From a bacterium (GTDB taxonomy: Bacteria; UBA8248), in assembly GCA_965261085.1 (NCBI GenBank), contig OZ253442.1, positions 1,792,001 to 1,856,000 of the forward strand: 64,000 nt of DNA, read 5' to 3'. The notes under the pieces are model-generated. The model saw only the letters and a program-made list of their open reading frames with translations. It ran no database searches and was not told the origin of the DNA. Position numbers and translations under genes: made by a program. Of the stretch, positions 9,134 through 18,796 are shown piece after piece (the stretch's first letter is position 1; each line of letters begins with the position of its first letter).

Positions 9134-9169
9134 CCCCCAAGCCGGATGGGCGACCCCCAAGCCGGATGG
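9134..9169. repeat. Direct repeat CCCCCAAGCCGGATGG x2 (20-bp period)
   Basis: Exact 16-mers at 9134-9149 and 9154-9169. Confidence 0.8.
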
Positions 9170-9240
9170 CGGGTTTGCGCCTTGAGAACTCCCGGGTTCA
9201 TCGATATATTAGGGCAATCCACCGCCCTGTATGGTCTTTC

Positions 9241-9843
9241 ATGTATTCCATCGAGCTTGATCTCGCAAGAGAAGGCGTCTTGATCGTCGCAGGCGTGGAC
9301 GAGGCCGGGCGCGGCCCCTTGGCGGGCCCGGTGGTGGCCGCCGCCGTGGTGCTGGACCCGGAGAATCCAATCGAGGGTCTCGACGACAGCAAAAAACTGT
9401 CCCCGCGCCAGAGGGAGGCGTTGTTGCCCGAGATTTTGGCGAAAGCGCGCGCCGTCGCCCTGGCGGCGGCTGGGCCGCGTGAAATCGAAAGAATCAACAT
9501 TTTGCAGGCATCGCTTCGCGCGATGGCGACCGCCGTGGAGGGGCTCGGAGTAGCACCCGCGCACATACTTATCGACGGAAACAAGAGGATTCCCGTCCCG
9601 TTGCCGCAAACCCCACTCGTGAAAGGGGATTCGCGGTGCGCCTGCATCGCCGCGGCAAGCCTGGTCGCCAAGGTGTATCGGGACCGGGTGATGGCCCGGA
9701 TGGATATGCGTTTTCCAGGCTATGGCTTCGGGAAGCACAAGGGCTATCCCACGCGGGAGCATCTGGCCGCCCTTGAGCGTCATGGTCCATGCCGCATTCA
9801 TCGGCGCACTTTCCGGGGCGTGCCGGCCGTGGCCGGAGCGTGA
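9241..9843 (+). CDS. rnhB: Ribonuclease HII
   Basis: AGVDEAGRGPLAGPV, DSKKL, IDGN, KGD and HKGYPT motifs. Confidence 0.96.
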   Translation: MYSIELDLAREGVLIVAGVDEAGRGPLAGPVVAAAVVLDPENPIEGLDDSKKLSPRQREALLPEILAKARAVALAAAGPREIERINILQASLRAMATAVEGLGVAPAHILIDGNKRIPVPLPQTPLVKGDSRCACIAAASLVAKVYRDRVMARMDMRFPGYGFGKHKGYPTREHLAALERHGPCRIHRRTFRGVPAVAGA

Positions 9844-9850
9844 GGACGCG

Positions 9851-10210
9851 ATGAGCCGCGAAAGCGGAAAAATCGGAGAAGACGTGGCCGTGAAATTCCT
9901 GCGCCGCCACGGGTATCAAATCATCGAGCGAAACTACCGTGGTTCGCGCTATGAGGTGGATATTGTCGCGCGCGAAGGCGGGGTTCTCTCGTTCGTCGAG
10001 GTGAAGACCCGCGCGCCGGGCAAGTCCTTAAGCGGCGCGGAATCCATCAATCGCGAGAAACAGCGGAGAATCGCCCAAGCCGCGCAGCACTACCTGATGA
10101 CGCACCCGCAAGAGCAATCTTCCGTATGCCGCTTCGACGTGGTGTTACTGGAGGCGGAGACGGGGAAAAAACCAAAGGCGAAAGAACTTATCCGGAATGC
10201 GTTTCAGTAA
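9851..10210 (+). CDS. yraN: YraN family endonuclease-like protein
   Basis: GEDVA...ERNYR...EVDIVA...FVEVKTR...RFDVV; follows rnhB. Confidence 0.9.
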   Translation: MSRESGKIGEDVAVKFLRRHGYQIIERNYRGSRYEVDIVAREGGVLSFVEVKTRAPGKSLSGAESINREKQRRIAQAAQHYLMTHPQEQSSVCRFDVVLLEAETGKKPKAKELIRNAFQ

Positions 10211-10262
10211 CGTAGGTTCCCCGATTGTATCTTGCTGATGGGAGAGTCGGCGGTCGTCTCTT

Positions 10263-11042
10263 TCATGGGTTTCGAGAGGCGATCAGGCGCAGACCCAGAA
10301 GGGTCAAATCAGGGTTGATCAGGTCGAAAACCCCTTCTTCTTCATTGAAAGCCAGGCTCTGGCCGCCCGTTGCGACGACTTTCGTTTCGCGCCCCAGTTC
10401 GGTTTTCATGCGGTCGACGATTTCCCGGACAAGGCCACGGTAGCCGTACGCGATGCCGGATTGAATGCTGTGGACCGTGTTTTTTCCGATGACAGAGGGT
10501 GGAACGGCGGTTTCGACCCGGGGAAGCCGGGCCGTTTTGTCGATGAGCGCCTCCAGGGCGATTCCCATGCCTGGCGAAATGGCGCCGCCCAGGTATTCTC
10601 CCCGGGCGGATATCGCATCGAAGGTGATGGCCGTTCCGAAATCGACGATGACCAAGGGTCCGCCGTACAGATGGTGACCGGCGACGGCGTTGACGATTCT
10701 GTCCGCTCCCACCTCACGGGGATTGTCGTATTTTATGGAGATTCCCGTCCGTATTCCCGGGCCGACGACCAGTGGTTTGACGCCGAAATAGCGTATGGCC
10801 ATTTCCTCGAGATTCGGCCCCAGGGGAGGGACGACGCTCGCCATCACCACACGGCCCACGTCCGACATCTGGTGTCCCCCGAGCCGGAACAAGCCTTCCA
10901 TGAGAATGGCCAGTTCATCCGTCGTGCGGCGGGCCACGGAGCCGAGCCTCCAATTCGATATGAGGTCCTCCCCGTCGAAAAGCCCGACGACGGTTTGCGT
11001 GTTGCCTACGTCGATGGCCAACAAGTAGGCGTTTTCGCTCAT
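10263..11042 (-). CDS. coaX: Type III pantothenate kinase
   Basis: AIDVGNT, GADRI, VDFGTA, GGAISPG and ATGG motifs. Confidence 0.95.
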   Translation of the reverse strand: MSENAYLLAIDVGNTQTVVGLFDGEDLISNWRLGSVARRTTDELAILMEGLFRLGGHQMSDVGRVVMASVVPPLGPNLEEMAIRYFGVKPLVVGPGIRTGISIKYDNPREVGADRIVNAVAGHHLYGGPLVIVDFGTAITFDAISARGEYLGGAISPGMGIALEALIDKTARLPRVETAVPPSVIGKNTVHSIQSGIAYGYRGLVREIVDRMKTELGRETKVVATGGQSLAFNEEEGVFDLINPDLTLLGLRLIASRNP

Positions 11043-11806
11043 GGGAGTTCCACCTCGCCGGAGTTTATCCTCTCGATCGACCCGTCGGGTTTTTCCAGGA
11101 GCAGGCAGCCCGCCTCGTCAATCCCGTTGTTTTTTCCAACACACTTCTCATCCCCAACGCGAACGGAAATTCTCTCGCCTATATTATCGCATAAGTGAAG
11201 CCACTGGTTCCGGAATTCACCGAAACCACTTGTTTTATATTCCTTGAGTCGGGCGTCGATGCGCCCTAGAAGGAGATGGAGAAGATGCTCCGCGTCAGGA
11301 ACCCGCCCTCCCGAGAGAAGAACCGAGGATGCTGTTTCTCGCAGTTCGGGGGGGAAATCGACCCGCTGCGTCGTGAGGTTGACGCCTAAGCCTGCGACGA
11401 CGGCGGGGGGCTGATTCGGGGGGCTGATATATTCGCACAGGATTCCACCGATTTTTCTTCCGTCTACCCTCAAATCGTTCGGCCATTTGAGCCCGATACG
11501 AAGGCCCGTCGCCTCTCGGAGGCCCTCTGCGGCGGCGACGCCGAGGAGTAGTGTCACGACGGGTGAAATTTCGGTTTCGCCATCCGGACGAAGCAGGGCC
11601 GAGAAGTAGAGTCCGCCCCCCGGCGGTGAAAACCAGGAGCGCCCCAGCCGTCCTCTTCCTTTGGTTTGGGATATCGCCCGTACGACGAGGCCGCTCGCTT
11701 CGCCTTGCCGCGCACGGGCCGAAACCAGATCGTTGGTGGAACTCGCCTCGTCAATCGTTTCGACCCGCCAGTCCAGCACCTTTTGGTTGGCGCCGATAGA
11801 ATCCAT
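11039..11806 (-). CDS. birA: Biotin--[acetyl-CoA-carboxylase] ligase (no HTH)
   Basis: STND, QTKGRGRLGRSW, KWPND and KIGGIL motifs. Confidence 0.94.
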   Translation of the reverse strand: MDSIGANQKVLDWRVETIDEASSTNDLVSARARQGEASGLVVRAISQTKGRGRLGRSWFSPPGGGLYFSALLRPDGETEISPVVTLLLGVAAAEGLREATGLRIGLKWPNDLRVDGRKIGGILCEYISPPNQPPAVVAGLGVNLTTQRVDFPPELRETASSVLLSGGRVPDAEHLLHLLLGRIDARLKEYKTSGFGEFRNQWLHLCDNIGERISVRVGDEKCVGKNNGIDEAGCLLLEKPDGSIERINSGEVELP

Positions 11807-14428
11807 CTAGTTTTGGAACTCCGATATGCGCTCTGCGCTCTCGCGGAGTTTTTCCGCGCGCTCCTGGGTGTCACGCAGACGGTTTTTGTCCTTATCCACG
11901 ATTTCAGCGGGCGCGCGTTCGATGAAGGAGGGGTTGGCGAGTTTTTTCTCCAGACTCGCTATCGTATCGCTTGCGTCGGCGATTTGTTTGTCGAGACGCT
12001 TCAGTTCTTCTTCGATGTCGATGAGGCCGCCGATGGGGACGAACGCCTGTCCATAGCCGAAAACGGTGTGGGCCGACGCCTTGGGCCGCTCCACGTCGGG
12101 ACCGACCTTCCAGTCGGGCGAGAGCTTCGCCAGTCTCCGTATCCATTCGGATTCGCGCATGATGATGTCGAGTTTCTTGGAGTCGTGCACCTGAATATGC
12201 GCCTCCATCTCCTTGTTGGGGGGAATGTTCAACTCTCCCCGTATGTTCCTGATGCCGCCGATCATGTCCATCAGGGCCTCGAATTCCGCTTCCGCCTCGG
12301 GGTCGTCCCACCCATCCTGCGGCCTCGGCCATTCGGCTATCATGATGCTCTCGCCCTTGCGGTTCGGGAGTTTCTGCCAGATTTCCTCGGTGATGAAGGG
12401 GATGATCGGATGCAGAAGGCGAAGCGTGCGCTCTAGAACTTCGGCGAGCACCGCGCGGCTCTCGTCGCCGCGCTCATCCGAGGTGAGGGCGGGTTTGATG
12501 ACTTCCAAGTACCAGTCGCACAATTCATGCCATGTGAAATGGTACAGCGCCAGCGCGGCGTCGTTGAAGCGGTATTCCTCGAGCGCCTTGTCCACCTGGC
12601 GCGTCAGGTTGTTCAAGCGGCTCATTATCCACCTGTCACCTAGAGAGAGCGCCTCTCTGGGCGGCATGGGAGGAACTTGCTCGCCCAGATTCATCAGGGT
12701 GAAGCGGGCCGCGTTCCAGATTTTGTTGCAGAAATTCCGGTACCCGGCGATTCGCTCCATGGACAGGCGTATGTCGCGCCCCTGGGCGGCCATGGCGGTG
12801 AGCGTGAAGCGCAGCGAATCCGTGCCGTATTCCTCGATGATCTCCAGCGGATCGATAATGTTTCCCCGCGTCTTACTCATCTTTTGTCCCTGCTCATCCC
12901 GCACGAGGGCGTGAATGTAGACGTGGCGAAAGGGGACGTCGTCCATGAACTTGAGTCCCGTCATGATCATTCTGGCGACCCAGAAGAAGATGATGTCGAA
13001 GCCCGTGACCAGAACGGACGTGGGGTAGAAGTATTTCAGGTCGGGATTGTCGTCCGGCCAGCCGAACGTCGAAAAAGGCCAGAGCGCGGAACTGAACCAG
13101 GTGTCGAGCACGTCGGTTTCGCGTCTTAGGTTCGGGTCGCCGGGGTCTTCGCGCGAGACGATGACCTCCCCGGTTTCGTCGTTGTACCAGGCGGGTATCT
13201 GGTGACCCCACCAAATCTGGCGGCTGATGCACCAGTCGCGTATGTTGCGCATCCACTCGAAATAGGTGGATTCCCACTGTTTGGGAATGATTTTGATGCG
13301 TCCATCCTCTACGGCGCGAATCGATTCCTCCGCCAAGGGTTTCGCGCGCACGAACCATTGTTTCGAGAGATATGGCTCGATCACGGTGCCGCAGCGGTAG
13401 CATCCCCCCACGGCGTGGCGATGGGATTCCACCCCGCGCATCAACCCTTGCGCTTCCATGTCGGCGATGATGCGCTTCCGCGCCTCGAACCTGTCGAGCC
13501 CCTCGTAAGGTCCTCCGTTTTCGTTGATTTTCGCACCCGGGGTGAGGATGTTGATTTGCGGCAGATCGTTTCTGAGGCCCGCCTCGAAGTCGTTCGGGTC
13601 ATGCGCGGGCGTGATCTTCACGGCGCCGGAGCCGAACTCGGCGTCCACGAAAGAATCCGCGATGACGGGGATTTTTCTGTCCAGAAGCGGCAGGCGGAGA
13701 TGTTCGCCCACGAGGTTCTTGTATCTCTCATCATCGGGATGAACGGCCACGGCCGTGTCGCCGAGCATGGTCTCGGGGCGCGTCGTCGCGATGGTGACGC
13801 CATCCCCGCCGTCCCAGAGCGGATAATGGAATTCCCAGAGGTGGCCGTCCTGATCTTCGTGATCGACTTCTAAGTCGGAGACGGCCGTCTCGCATCTCGG
13901 GCACCAGTTCACCAGATAATTGTCGCGGTAAATCAGTCCCTCTTCGTAGAGCCTCACGAAGGCTTCGCGCACGGCGCGGGAGAGTCCCTCGTCCATCGTG
14001 AATCGCTCGCGCTCCCAGTCGCACGAAGCACCCAGGCGGTGAAGCTGGCGAATGATGGTTCCGCCGCTCTCGGCTTTCCAGTTCCAGACGCGCTCGATGA
14101 ATTTCTCACGCCCCAGGGATTCTCGTGAGAGGTTCTCCGCGGCGAGTTGGCGCTCCACCACGTTCTGGGTGGCGATGCCCGCATGGTCGGTGCCCGGCAT
14201 CCAGCAGACGCTCAGGCCGCTCATGCGCTTCCAGCGGACAAGGATGTCCTGCAAGGCGTTGTTCAGGGCGTGGCCCATGTGCAGGGAGCCCGTCACGTTC
14301 GGTGGCGGGATGACGATGGAATACGGTTCTTGGCTCTCGCTGGGCGCGCCGTGAAAATATCCGCGCTTCAGCCATTCGGCATACCAGCGATCTTCGGCCC
14401 CTTTCGGGTCGTAACGAGGTTCCAGCAA
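11807..14428 (-). CDS. valS: Valine--tRNA ligase
   Basis: PPPNVTGSLHMGH (HIGH), KMSKT (KMSKS), WCISRQ and a C-terminal coiled-coil arm. Confidence 0.98.
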   Translation of the reverse strand: MLEPRYDPKGAEDRWYAEWLKRGYFHGAPSESQEPYSIVIPPPNVTGSLHMGHALNNALQDILVRWKRMSGLSVCWMPGTDHAGIATQNVVERQLAAENLSRESLGREKFIERVWNWKAESGGTIIRQLHRLGASCDWERERFTMDEGLSRAVREAFVRLYEEGLIYRDNYLVNWCPRCETAVSDLEVDHEDQDGHLWEFHYPLWDGGDGVTIATTRPETMLGDTAVAVHPDDERYKNLVGEHLRLPLLDRKIPVIADSFVDAEFGSGAVKITPAHDPNDFEAGLRNDLPQINILTPGAKINENGGPYEGLDRFEARKRIIADMEAQGLMRGVESHRHAVGGCYRCGTVIEPYLSKQWFVRAKPLAEESIRAVEDGRIKIIPKQWESTYFEWMRNIRDWCISRQIWWGHQIPAWYNDETGEVIVSREDPGDPNLRRETDVLDTWFSSALWPFSTFGWPDDNPDLKYFYPTSVLVTGFDIIFFWVARMIMTGLKFMDDVPFRHVYIHALVRDEQGQKMSKTRGNIIDPLEIIEEYGTDSLRFTLTAMAAQGRDIRLSMERIAGYRNFCNKIWNAARFTLMNLGEQVPPMPPREALSLGDRWIMSRLNNLTRQVDKALEEYRFNDAALALYHFTWHELCDWYLEVIKPALTSDERGDESRAVLAEVLERTLRLLHPIIPFITEEIWQKLPNRKGESIMIAEWPRPQDGWDDPEAEAEFEALMDMIGGIRNIRGELNIPPNKEMEAHIQVHDSKKLDIIMRESEWIRRLAKLSPDWKVGPDVERPKASAHTVFGYGQAFVPIGGLIDIEEELKRLDKQIADASDTIASLEKKLANPSFIERAPAEIVDKDKNRLRDTQERAEKLRESAERISEFQN

Positions 14429-14431
14429 AGG

Positions 14432-15205
14432 TTATTCTCCGCGTTTGATTTTTTCGATTTCTCTAAGAACGATTTGCTCTACGATATCAGGGAGTTGCGC
14501 CACCACGATGGATTCGATGCGGCGCAACAATGTGGGGACGATCTTTTCCGCGGCTTCTTCCAGGTATTTATGGATGATGGGATCGAGTTTTTCGCTGTCC
14601 AGCCCAGGAGCGGAAAAGGGTGGTTGTTCTTCCTCCTCGCTCGCAGATGGCGCACTCTCTGCGTCGGCGAGAGCCTCTTCCGTTTCTTCGAGCGCTTCTT
14701 CCGCGACTGGAGCGGGAGGGGTTTCTTTGGACTCCCCTATGATGTCCCCTGAAGGCTGGGGCGCTTTCTCCTCCATTGCTTTTTCCGGGAAATCTGGCTC
14801 CGCCTGTTCTTTGCGGTCTGGAGTCGGTACGCCAGCCCCCGGGCCGAGAATGCGCTCCACCTCCGTCGTGAATACAATCGGCTTGAACGGTTTTTCGATG
14901 TTTCCTGTCGCACCCACTTCCTGGATTTTTTCATCACTGACGCTGTTGCGCGTGCTCGTCAAAACGAGAAGAGGCACTTGGGATAATCCCGGTTTTTCGC
15001 GCAGGCGTCGACAAAAGTCCAAGCCATCGGAATTCTCCATGTCCAGGCTGGCAACGACGATGTCCGGTGGCGCATTCTCCGCCATTTCGAGGGCTGCATC
15101 GGCATCCTCCGCCATAAGGGTATCAACGCTCGTGTTTCTAAAAGCCAATTCCACGACCCGCTGCACCAGAAGGCTTTCGTCGAGGAGAAGTAATCTGGTC
15201 GCCAT
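14432..15205 (-). CDS. RomR-like protein: atypical receiver domain, acidic Pro/Glu linker, C-terminal helix
   Basis: Receiver fold (LLLLDES...PDIVVASLDM...DGLDFCRRL...IEKPF). C-terminal IESIVVAQLPDIVEQIVLREIEKIK. Immediately upstream of valS. Confidence 0.65.
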   Translation of the reverse strand: MATRLLLLDESLLVQRVVELAFRNTSVDTLMAEDADAALEMAENAPPDIVVASLDMENSDGLDFCRRLREKPGLSQVPLLVLTSTRNSVSDEKIQEVGATGNIEKPFKPIVFTTEVERILGPGAGVPTPDRKEQAEPDFPEKAMEEKAPQPSGDIIGESKETPPAPVAEEALEETEEALADAESAPSASEEEEQPPFSAPGLDSEKLDPIIHKYLEEAAEKIVPTLLRRIESIVVAQLPDIVEQIVLREIEKIKRGE

Positions 15206-15362
15206 GTGTTCGGGTCCTCGTCCGGGCGTTCGCTGGATGAGCCGAATGGAGGATAAGAATCAGGAGTCTGCGCTTAAATATCTCTAGAACTTTTGCGCCT
15301 TCTTGCACCAGGGAACTAATTGACAATCATGCCACTACCATAATTCCGGGGTCAACCTGTAT

Positions 15363-16430
15363 CTATTTGCGTTGGTATTGATTCACGGCGCGGCGATGTT
15401 CGCGGTAAGTGCGAGAAAACCGGTGGCCGCCGTTCTTGGTGGCCACGAAATACAGATATTTCACTTTGGCGGGGTTCAACGCCGATTTGATGGATTCGAG
15501 CCCCGGACTGGCGATAGGGCCTGGGGGGAGTCCCCGGTAGAGGTAGGTGTTGTAGGGTGAATCGTATCGCAAATCATTCTTTGTGATGTTTCCATCGAAG
15601 TGAGGCAGTCCGTATATGACGGTGGGGTCGCTTTGAAGGCGCATTCTTCGCTTGAGCCGATTGGTGAATACGGCTGCGATGAGCGGGCGCTCACTGCTCA
15701 GGGAAGTTTCTTTTTCGATAATCGAGGCCAGCGTGAGCGCCTGGTGGACGGTGAATCCCATCGTTTTCGCTTGTTTTCTAAGAGAGGGCGAGAATTTTTT
15801 CCGCATCGTGCGAACCATGAAGCGCAGGATTTTTTTCGCCGAAGCGCCCACCGGGAAATGGTACGTGTCGGGGAACAGATATCCCTCCAGAGAAGCCGCG
15901 GTAATGTTCAGTTCTCGAAGAAAAGAAGGGTCGCGCGAAATTCTGAGAATTTCCCCTGCACTGGCGAGTTTGGCGCGCTGGATCGTTCGGGCAATCTCCC
16001 GGATGTTGTAGCCCTCGGGAATAGTAAAGGTACGCCGGGCGACTCTGCCCTCCGATAAATCTCGGTATATCTCTCGTGGCGACTTGGATGCTTTGAGCGC
16101 ATAGACGCCGGCTTGAATGCTATTGGCGCCGCCCCTGAGTCTGGCCTGGAGGTGGAACAACCCCGGGTTTCGAATTAAACCGCTTTTATCCAGCAATTCC
16201 AGAATCTGGGCGAAGGACATTCCCGAGCGGACGTGAATGAGCTTCGTTTCATTTGCCTGCGGGTTGGCGGGCCGGTTGAATTCGTCGTCGAGATATTGAT
16301 AGCCGACAAAAGTGCTCAGGATCATGAGGGAGAAAAGCGCGACGAGTAATTTCCCGAGCCGCCGCTTTTCGGCGGGAGGCTTTGTTTCCGGCGCATCGCT
16401 TTCTTCTGAAAGATTTTCGTTTTCAGCCAT
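15363..16430 (-). CDS. mltG: Endolytic transglycosylase MltG
   Basis: N-terminal TM helix; TIPEG, LEGYLFPDTY, ASIIEKET, LQSDPT and SPYNTY motifs. Confidence 0.95.
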   Translation of the reverse strand: MAENENLSEESDAPETKPPAEKRRLGKLLVALFSLMILSTFVGYQYLDDEFNRPANPQANETKLIHVRSGMSFAQILELLDKSGLIRNPGLFHLQARLRGGANSIQAGVYALKASKSPREIYRDLSEGRVARRTFTIPEGYNIREIARTIQRAKLASAGEILRISRDPSFLRELNITAASLEGYLFPDTYHFPVGASAKKILRFMVRTMRKKFSPSLRKQAKTMGFTVHQALTLASIIEKETSLSSERPLIAAVFTNRLKRRMRLQSDPTVIYGLPHFDGNITKNDLRYDSPYNTYLYRGLPPGPIASPGLESIKSALNPAKVKYLYFVATKNGGHRFSRTYREHRRAVNQYQRK

Positions 16431-16866
16431 GGGAGGTCGGGCGCTTCATGTTCTGATGATCCAGGTACGCCTGTAGAATGAGTTGCGCCGCGATGACGTC
16501 GCGCTTTTTTATCTTCCGGCTCGGTTTGGTTTCCATTTCGTTCAAGACCCGGTCCGCCTGCGTCGTGCTGAGTCGCTCGTCCCATTTTTCGACGGGAATA
16601 TCGAGATTTTCCCGGAAGAATTTCACGATCCTTCTGGTGCGCTTCGCCCTGGACGTATCCCGGTTCGATAGGCCGACGGGGTGTCCCACGACCAGCAGAT
16701 GAACATCACGCTCACGGATGATGCCGCCCAACTCGTCGAGCAGTTGCTTATCACTTTGTCTTTCAATGAGGCCGAGCGGTTGGGATGTCAGACCCAGAGA
16801 ATCGCTGATGGCGAGGCCTACCCGCTTTTCGCCGAAGTCCATTCCCAAAATTCGGGGATGACTCAT
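16423..16866 (-). CDS. ruvX: Pre-16S rRNA nuclease / Holliday junction resolvase-like RuvX (YqgF)
   Basis: ILGMDFGEKRVGLAISD, WDERLST and AAQLILQ motifs. Confidence 0.93.
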   Translation of the reverse strand: MSHPRILGMDFGEKRVGLAISDSLGLTSQPLGLIERQSDKQLLDELGGIIRERDVHLLVVGHPVGLSNRDTSRAKRTRRIVKFFRENLDIPVEKWDERLSTTQADRVLNEMETKPSRKIKKRDVIAAQLILQAYLDHQNMKRPTSHG

Positions 16867-18497
16867 TTTTGGGTAGGTTTCGCTTTGGTCGGTTTCGTCT
16901 TGGCCTCGCCGGGATAGAACATTTCGATCTGGAATCGCTCGAGAGTGGAATGTGTCGCCCTGTCCAATGAGGCGAGGGATTTGCGGTAGTCGATGAGCGC
17001 CCGGGTTTCTTGCGCCAGCGCGTTGGCCAGCCTTTCCTGGTCTTCGAGAATGTCTCTGCTCGTCGAGAGCCCGACCTTGAATTTTTTCTCCTGGGCGTCC
17101 AGGCGTTCTTCCGCCAGCCTTCTGGCGACGCGCGTGGCTTGGATTCTTTTGACGTCCAGGCGAATCCGGCGCGCGCTTCGGTGAACTTTTTCCATGATGG
17201 ATTGCCGCGTTTGGTGGTAGGAGGCCACCGTTTTAGCGTGCCTGAGTTGCGCCTGGCGGTAGTCCGCCTTCGCTCTCCTGTTTCCGAGGGGAATACGGAA
17301 CGAGATTCCACCGGAGAAGCTGTATCTCTTGTTTTTGAATTGCTCCTCGAAGGCCTCTCCCTGGTCATCCGCGAGAGCGTTGTTGGACGCCGATGCGTTC
17401 AGATTGACTTCGGGCAATAGATTTTGTTTCGCTACTTTCAGGTCGATTCGCCTTTTGTCGATTTCGATGCGGGCTTTTTCAAGTTCCGCGTGCTTACGCA
17501 AGGCGTCGAGTATGAGTTGCATCTCATCTACTTTGACGGCCTTAAACTTCGGCTTTTCGGTCGGTAGAATCTCGATGCCCCAGGAAGAAGGCGTATCCGT
17601 GACGTTCAGGAGCATTTTCAGGATGTCTTCCCGGTCTTTGACTTGTTGCTGCGTCACGAGAAGGGCTTCTTCCCGGGAGGCGACGGTGGCTTGCGCTTCC
17701 GTTATCTCTATCGGGGCGAGGGTGCCGACCTCGACTTGAATCTTGTTTCGTCTCAAGAGGTCCTTGGCGAGATCGAGAGATTTTTGCCTGAATTGGAGGA
17801 TTGCAATGGAGAAGACGAGGTCCCAATAGGCTTGTTCAACGGCGTCTATTGTATCGATGACCCTGGTTCGGTATGTGTGGAGCGTTTGTTCTTTCGTGGC
17901 CATGGCCACCTTGATTCTGGCTTGATTGAGATCGATGCCGAAATTTTTGAGCAGGGGTTGTTCGATGGTGAAAGTGAGACTGGTTTGAAAGTTCGGATCG
18001 AAAACATTTTGCGGAGAATTAGACGATTCTCTAATGCTTCGCAGGATAAGTGAATACTCTGCTCCCGTGATGAGCCTTTGGCGAATGCCGGCCGCTACCC
18101 CCAGGGTGTCGGTTTCCCGTATTCCCCCTGTCCTATTGAATACGCTGTTCGCCGAGCCGAGCTTTGATTTGCTGATGTTCGTATCCACGACGGCTTGGGG
18201 ATCGAAGGCGGAGCGTTCTCTGATGACGTTGCTTTCCGCGATGTCGGGGTCGAACCCGGCGATAGTGATGTCGAAATTGCGCGCAAGGGCGATGCTTACG
18301 GCTTCTCGTATGGATAGCGCGAGGCGAAGTCCTTTGATGGTCGGCGGCGCCACCTTGCTGCGCGGACGTTCAAAAGAAATTTCCGCAGACATGGTGGATT
18401 CTGCGGCGGAGGCTACGTCCGCGAGAGGAGATGAGGATAAGGAAATGAGAATTGAAAGCGCAATACAGTGACAAGCTAATAATTTGGGCGGTTTCAT
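16863..18497 (-). CDS. TolC family outer membrane efflux protein
   Basis: Signal peptide; LSIREAVSIALARN, QPLL, VEQAYWDL and LPEVNL motifs; KFKVGLST duplicated OEP pattern. Confidence 0.85.
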   Translation of the reverse strand: MKPPKLLACHCIALSILISLSSSPLADVASAAESTMSAEISFERPRSKVAPPTIKGLRLALSIREAVSIALARNFDITIAGFDPDIAESNVIRERSAFDPQAVVDTNISKSKLGSANSVFNRTGGIRETDTLGVAAGIRQRLITGAEYSLILRSIRESSNSPQNVFDPNFQTSLTFTIEQPLLKNFGIDLNQARIKVAMATKEQTLHTYRTRVIDTIDAVEQAYWDLVFSIAILQFRQKSLDLAKDLLRRNKIQVEVGTLAPIEITEAQATVASREEALLVTQQQVKDREDILKMLLNVTDTPSSWGIEILPTEKPKFKAVKVDEMQLILDALRKHAELEKARIEIDKRRIDLKVAKQNLLPEVNLNASASNNALADDQGEAFEEQFKNKRYSFSGGISFRIPLGNRRAKADYRQAQLRHAKTVASYHQTRQSIMEKVHRSARRIRLDVKRIQATRVARRLAEERLDAQEKKFKVGLSTSRDILEDQERLANALAQETRALIDYRKSLASLDRATHSTLERFQIEMFYPGEAKTKPTKAKPTQK

Positions 18498-18796
18498 GAA
18501 AAAAATTGCTCCACGTTACTGGCGGCGCAAAACGCAAATCGCTTTTACCGTGAATCTGCACATCATTCTCGTGGTCCAGTTTTCCGGTTTCTTGAAGAAT
18601 ATACTACTCGTATCGGGGTAAAAAGGGAAATGAGTTTTGCTTTACCATCGGTTAGTCTTTGTAAATACGGGAGATAGAGCGTCGCCCTTTCTTTTCTTGC
18701 GCAAGTGCGTGGCGCTCTGTTAGAAAGATTTCTGCAAGTAATCTTCGGTCCGTAGTGGCTTCGTGCAAGGCGAAATTCTTTTGAGGTGAGCGAGCG

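Noticed and set aside
9049-9240. Long N-terminal extensions in the track for rnhB (also yraN, clpB, rpoZ and the PIG-L gene)
   Set aside because: The extensions overlap neighbouring genes or regulatory DNA and lack family similarity; downstream starts match the family N-termini.
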